Origin: Heterodontus francisci
Taxonomy: Eukaryota
Length of the DNA stretch: 64,000 bases
Reading direction: 5' to 3'
NCBI RefSeq assembly: GCF_036365525.1
Contig: NC_090410.1
Span: 6,895,873-6,959,872, forward strand
Shown here: positions 62,882 to 64,000 of the stretch, in pieces
Position numbering within the stretch: the first letter of the stretch is position 1
Layout of the letters: every line of letters starts with the position of its first letter
Program-made: the position numbers and the translations under genes
Notes under the pieces: model-generated
Database searches by the model: none
What the model saw: only the letters and a program-made list of their open reading frames with translations
What the model was told of the DNA's origin: nothing

Positions 62882-62987
62882 ACGACTCTCGCACATCTCT
62901 GGTCATCGATCATACTATCTGCGAGGAGCAGGCAGTGAACTGCAACTGGCCTTGGTCCAGTTTACGATGAACAAACTCCTCAAAAAG
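62882..62987 (+). CDS. SARS2: SARS2 coding exon 7 (gene continues beyond window)
   Basis: [35 protein letters not shown]; 106 nt, AG/GT. Confidence 0.95.
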
Positions 62988-63377
62988 GTGAGCTATCTCA
63001 GTCTGAAACCTACTTAGTCTGTCTTTGTTTTGCTGTCATCTCCCTGATTTCCCCCCTCCCCCCCCGATCCCCCAAAGGGATATTCTATCGATATTGACCA
63101 CCCTAGAGTACCTCAGCCAGGTGGCCGCCTCATTGTGCGAGCCTAGACGGTAACAGTCGACAGGATATTCAACCATGGTGCCCAGCACAGCTGAGCCTCA
63201 CCTTGTGTTCCCCAGACATTGGTACACACCTAATTCCAGCAGAATAATGATTAAGTGAAGAAACCCTGGCTGATTTTCGATGTAGAGTTAATTGTGCAAA
63301 GGGAACACTTGCAATTAAAGCAAAAAAAGTGGTGGACGCTGAGCCCATAAATACTTGTAAAAGGGAGTTGGGCAGTT

Positions 63378-64000
63378 ATAGAGTCGTAGAGTTATACAGC
63401 ACAGAAACAGACCCTTCGGTCCATCGTGTCTGTGCTGGCCATCCAGCACCCAACTATTCTAATCCCGTATTCCTGCACTTGGCCTGTAGCCTTGTATGCT
63501 ATGGCGTTTCAAGTGCTCATCTAAATACTTCTTAAATGTTGTGAGGTTCCTGCCTCTACCACCTCTTCAGGCAGTGTGTTCCAGATTCCAACCACCCTCT
63601 GGGTGAAAATATTTTTTTCCTCAAATCCCCTCTAAACCTCCTGCCCCTTACCCTAAATCTATGCCCCCTGGTTCTTGACCCCTCCGCTAAGGGAAAAAGT
63701 TTCTTCCTATCTAACCTATCAATGCCCCTCATAATTTTGTACACCTCAATCAGGTCCCCCCTCAGTCTCTCTGCATAGCTGAAACGCTCCAGCCCAGGCA
63801 ACATCCTGGTGAATCTCCTCTGCACCCTCTCCAGTGCAATCACATCCTTCCTATAGTGTGGTGCCCAGAACTGTACAGAGTACTCCAGCTGTGGTCTAAC
63901 TAGCGTTTTATACAGCTCCTTCATAACCTCCTTGCTCTTATGATCATAATTATTATAATAACCTCTTTATTATGCCTCGGCTAATAAAGGCAAGTATCCC
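63378..64000 (-). mobile_element. CR1-clade LINE 3' fragment (runs off window)
   Basis: LYKTLVRPQLEYSVQFWAP...RGDLIEVYKIM. Confidence 0.85.

Overview
Eukaryotic, intron-rich and repeat-dense DNA, almost certainly from an elasmobranch (shark). This is inferred from the HE1-type V-SINEs, Deu-domain SINEs and the CR1/L2/RTE/Penelope remnants. Three vertebrate genes can be built exon by exon with canonical GT-AG junctions and consistent phases. KPTN (kaptin, minus strand) has coding exons 1-8 plus a probable exon 9 running off the left edge. NAPA (alpha-SNAP, minus strand) is complete, with 10 coding exons, 888 nt and 295 aa. SARS2 (mitochondrial seryl-tRNA synthetase, plus strand) has exons 1-7 and runs off the right edge; it lies head-to-head with NAPA. 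Most ORFs in the supplied track are repeat artefacts. The most unusual signals are: (1) a non-autonomous DNA-transposon-like family with subterminal inverted repeats, 8-9 bp TSDs and a CTCF-like motif, one copy sitting in a tandem TCF/YY1-motif array just upstream of KPTN; (2) a minisatellite that places ten consensus 5' splice donors just behind NAPA exon 1; (3) a 58-bp near-perfect Penelope-derived hairpin in the NAPA 3' UTR, from a family with hammerhead-like cores; (4) a tRNA-headed LINE with its internally deleted SINE derivatives; (5) an apparent missing intron in NAPA. Repeat-family names and boundaries are from recognition by eye, not database searches.
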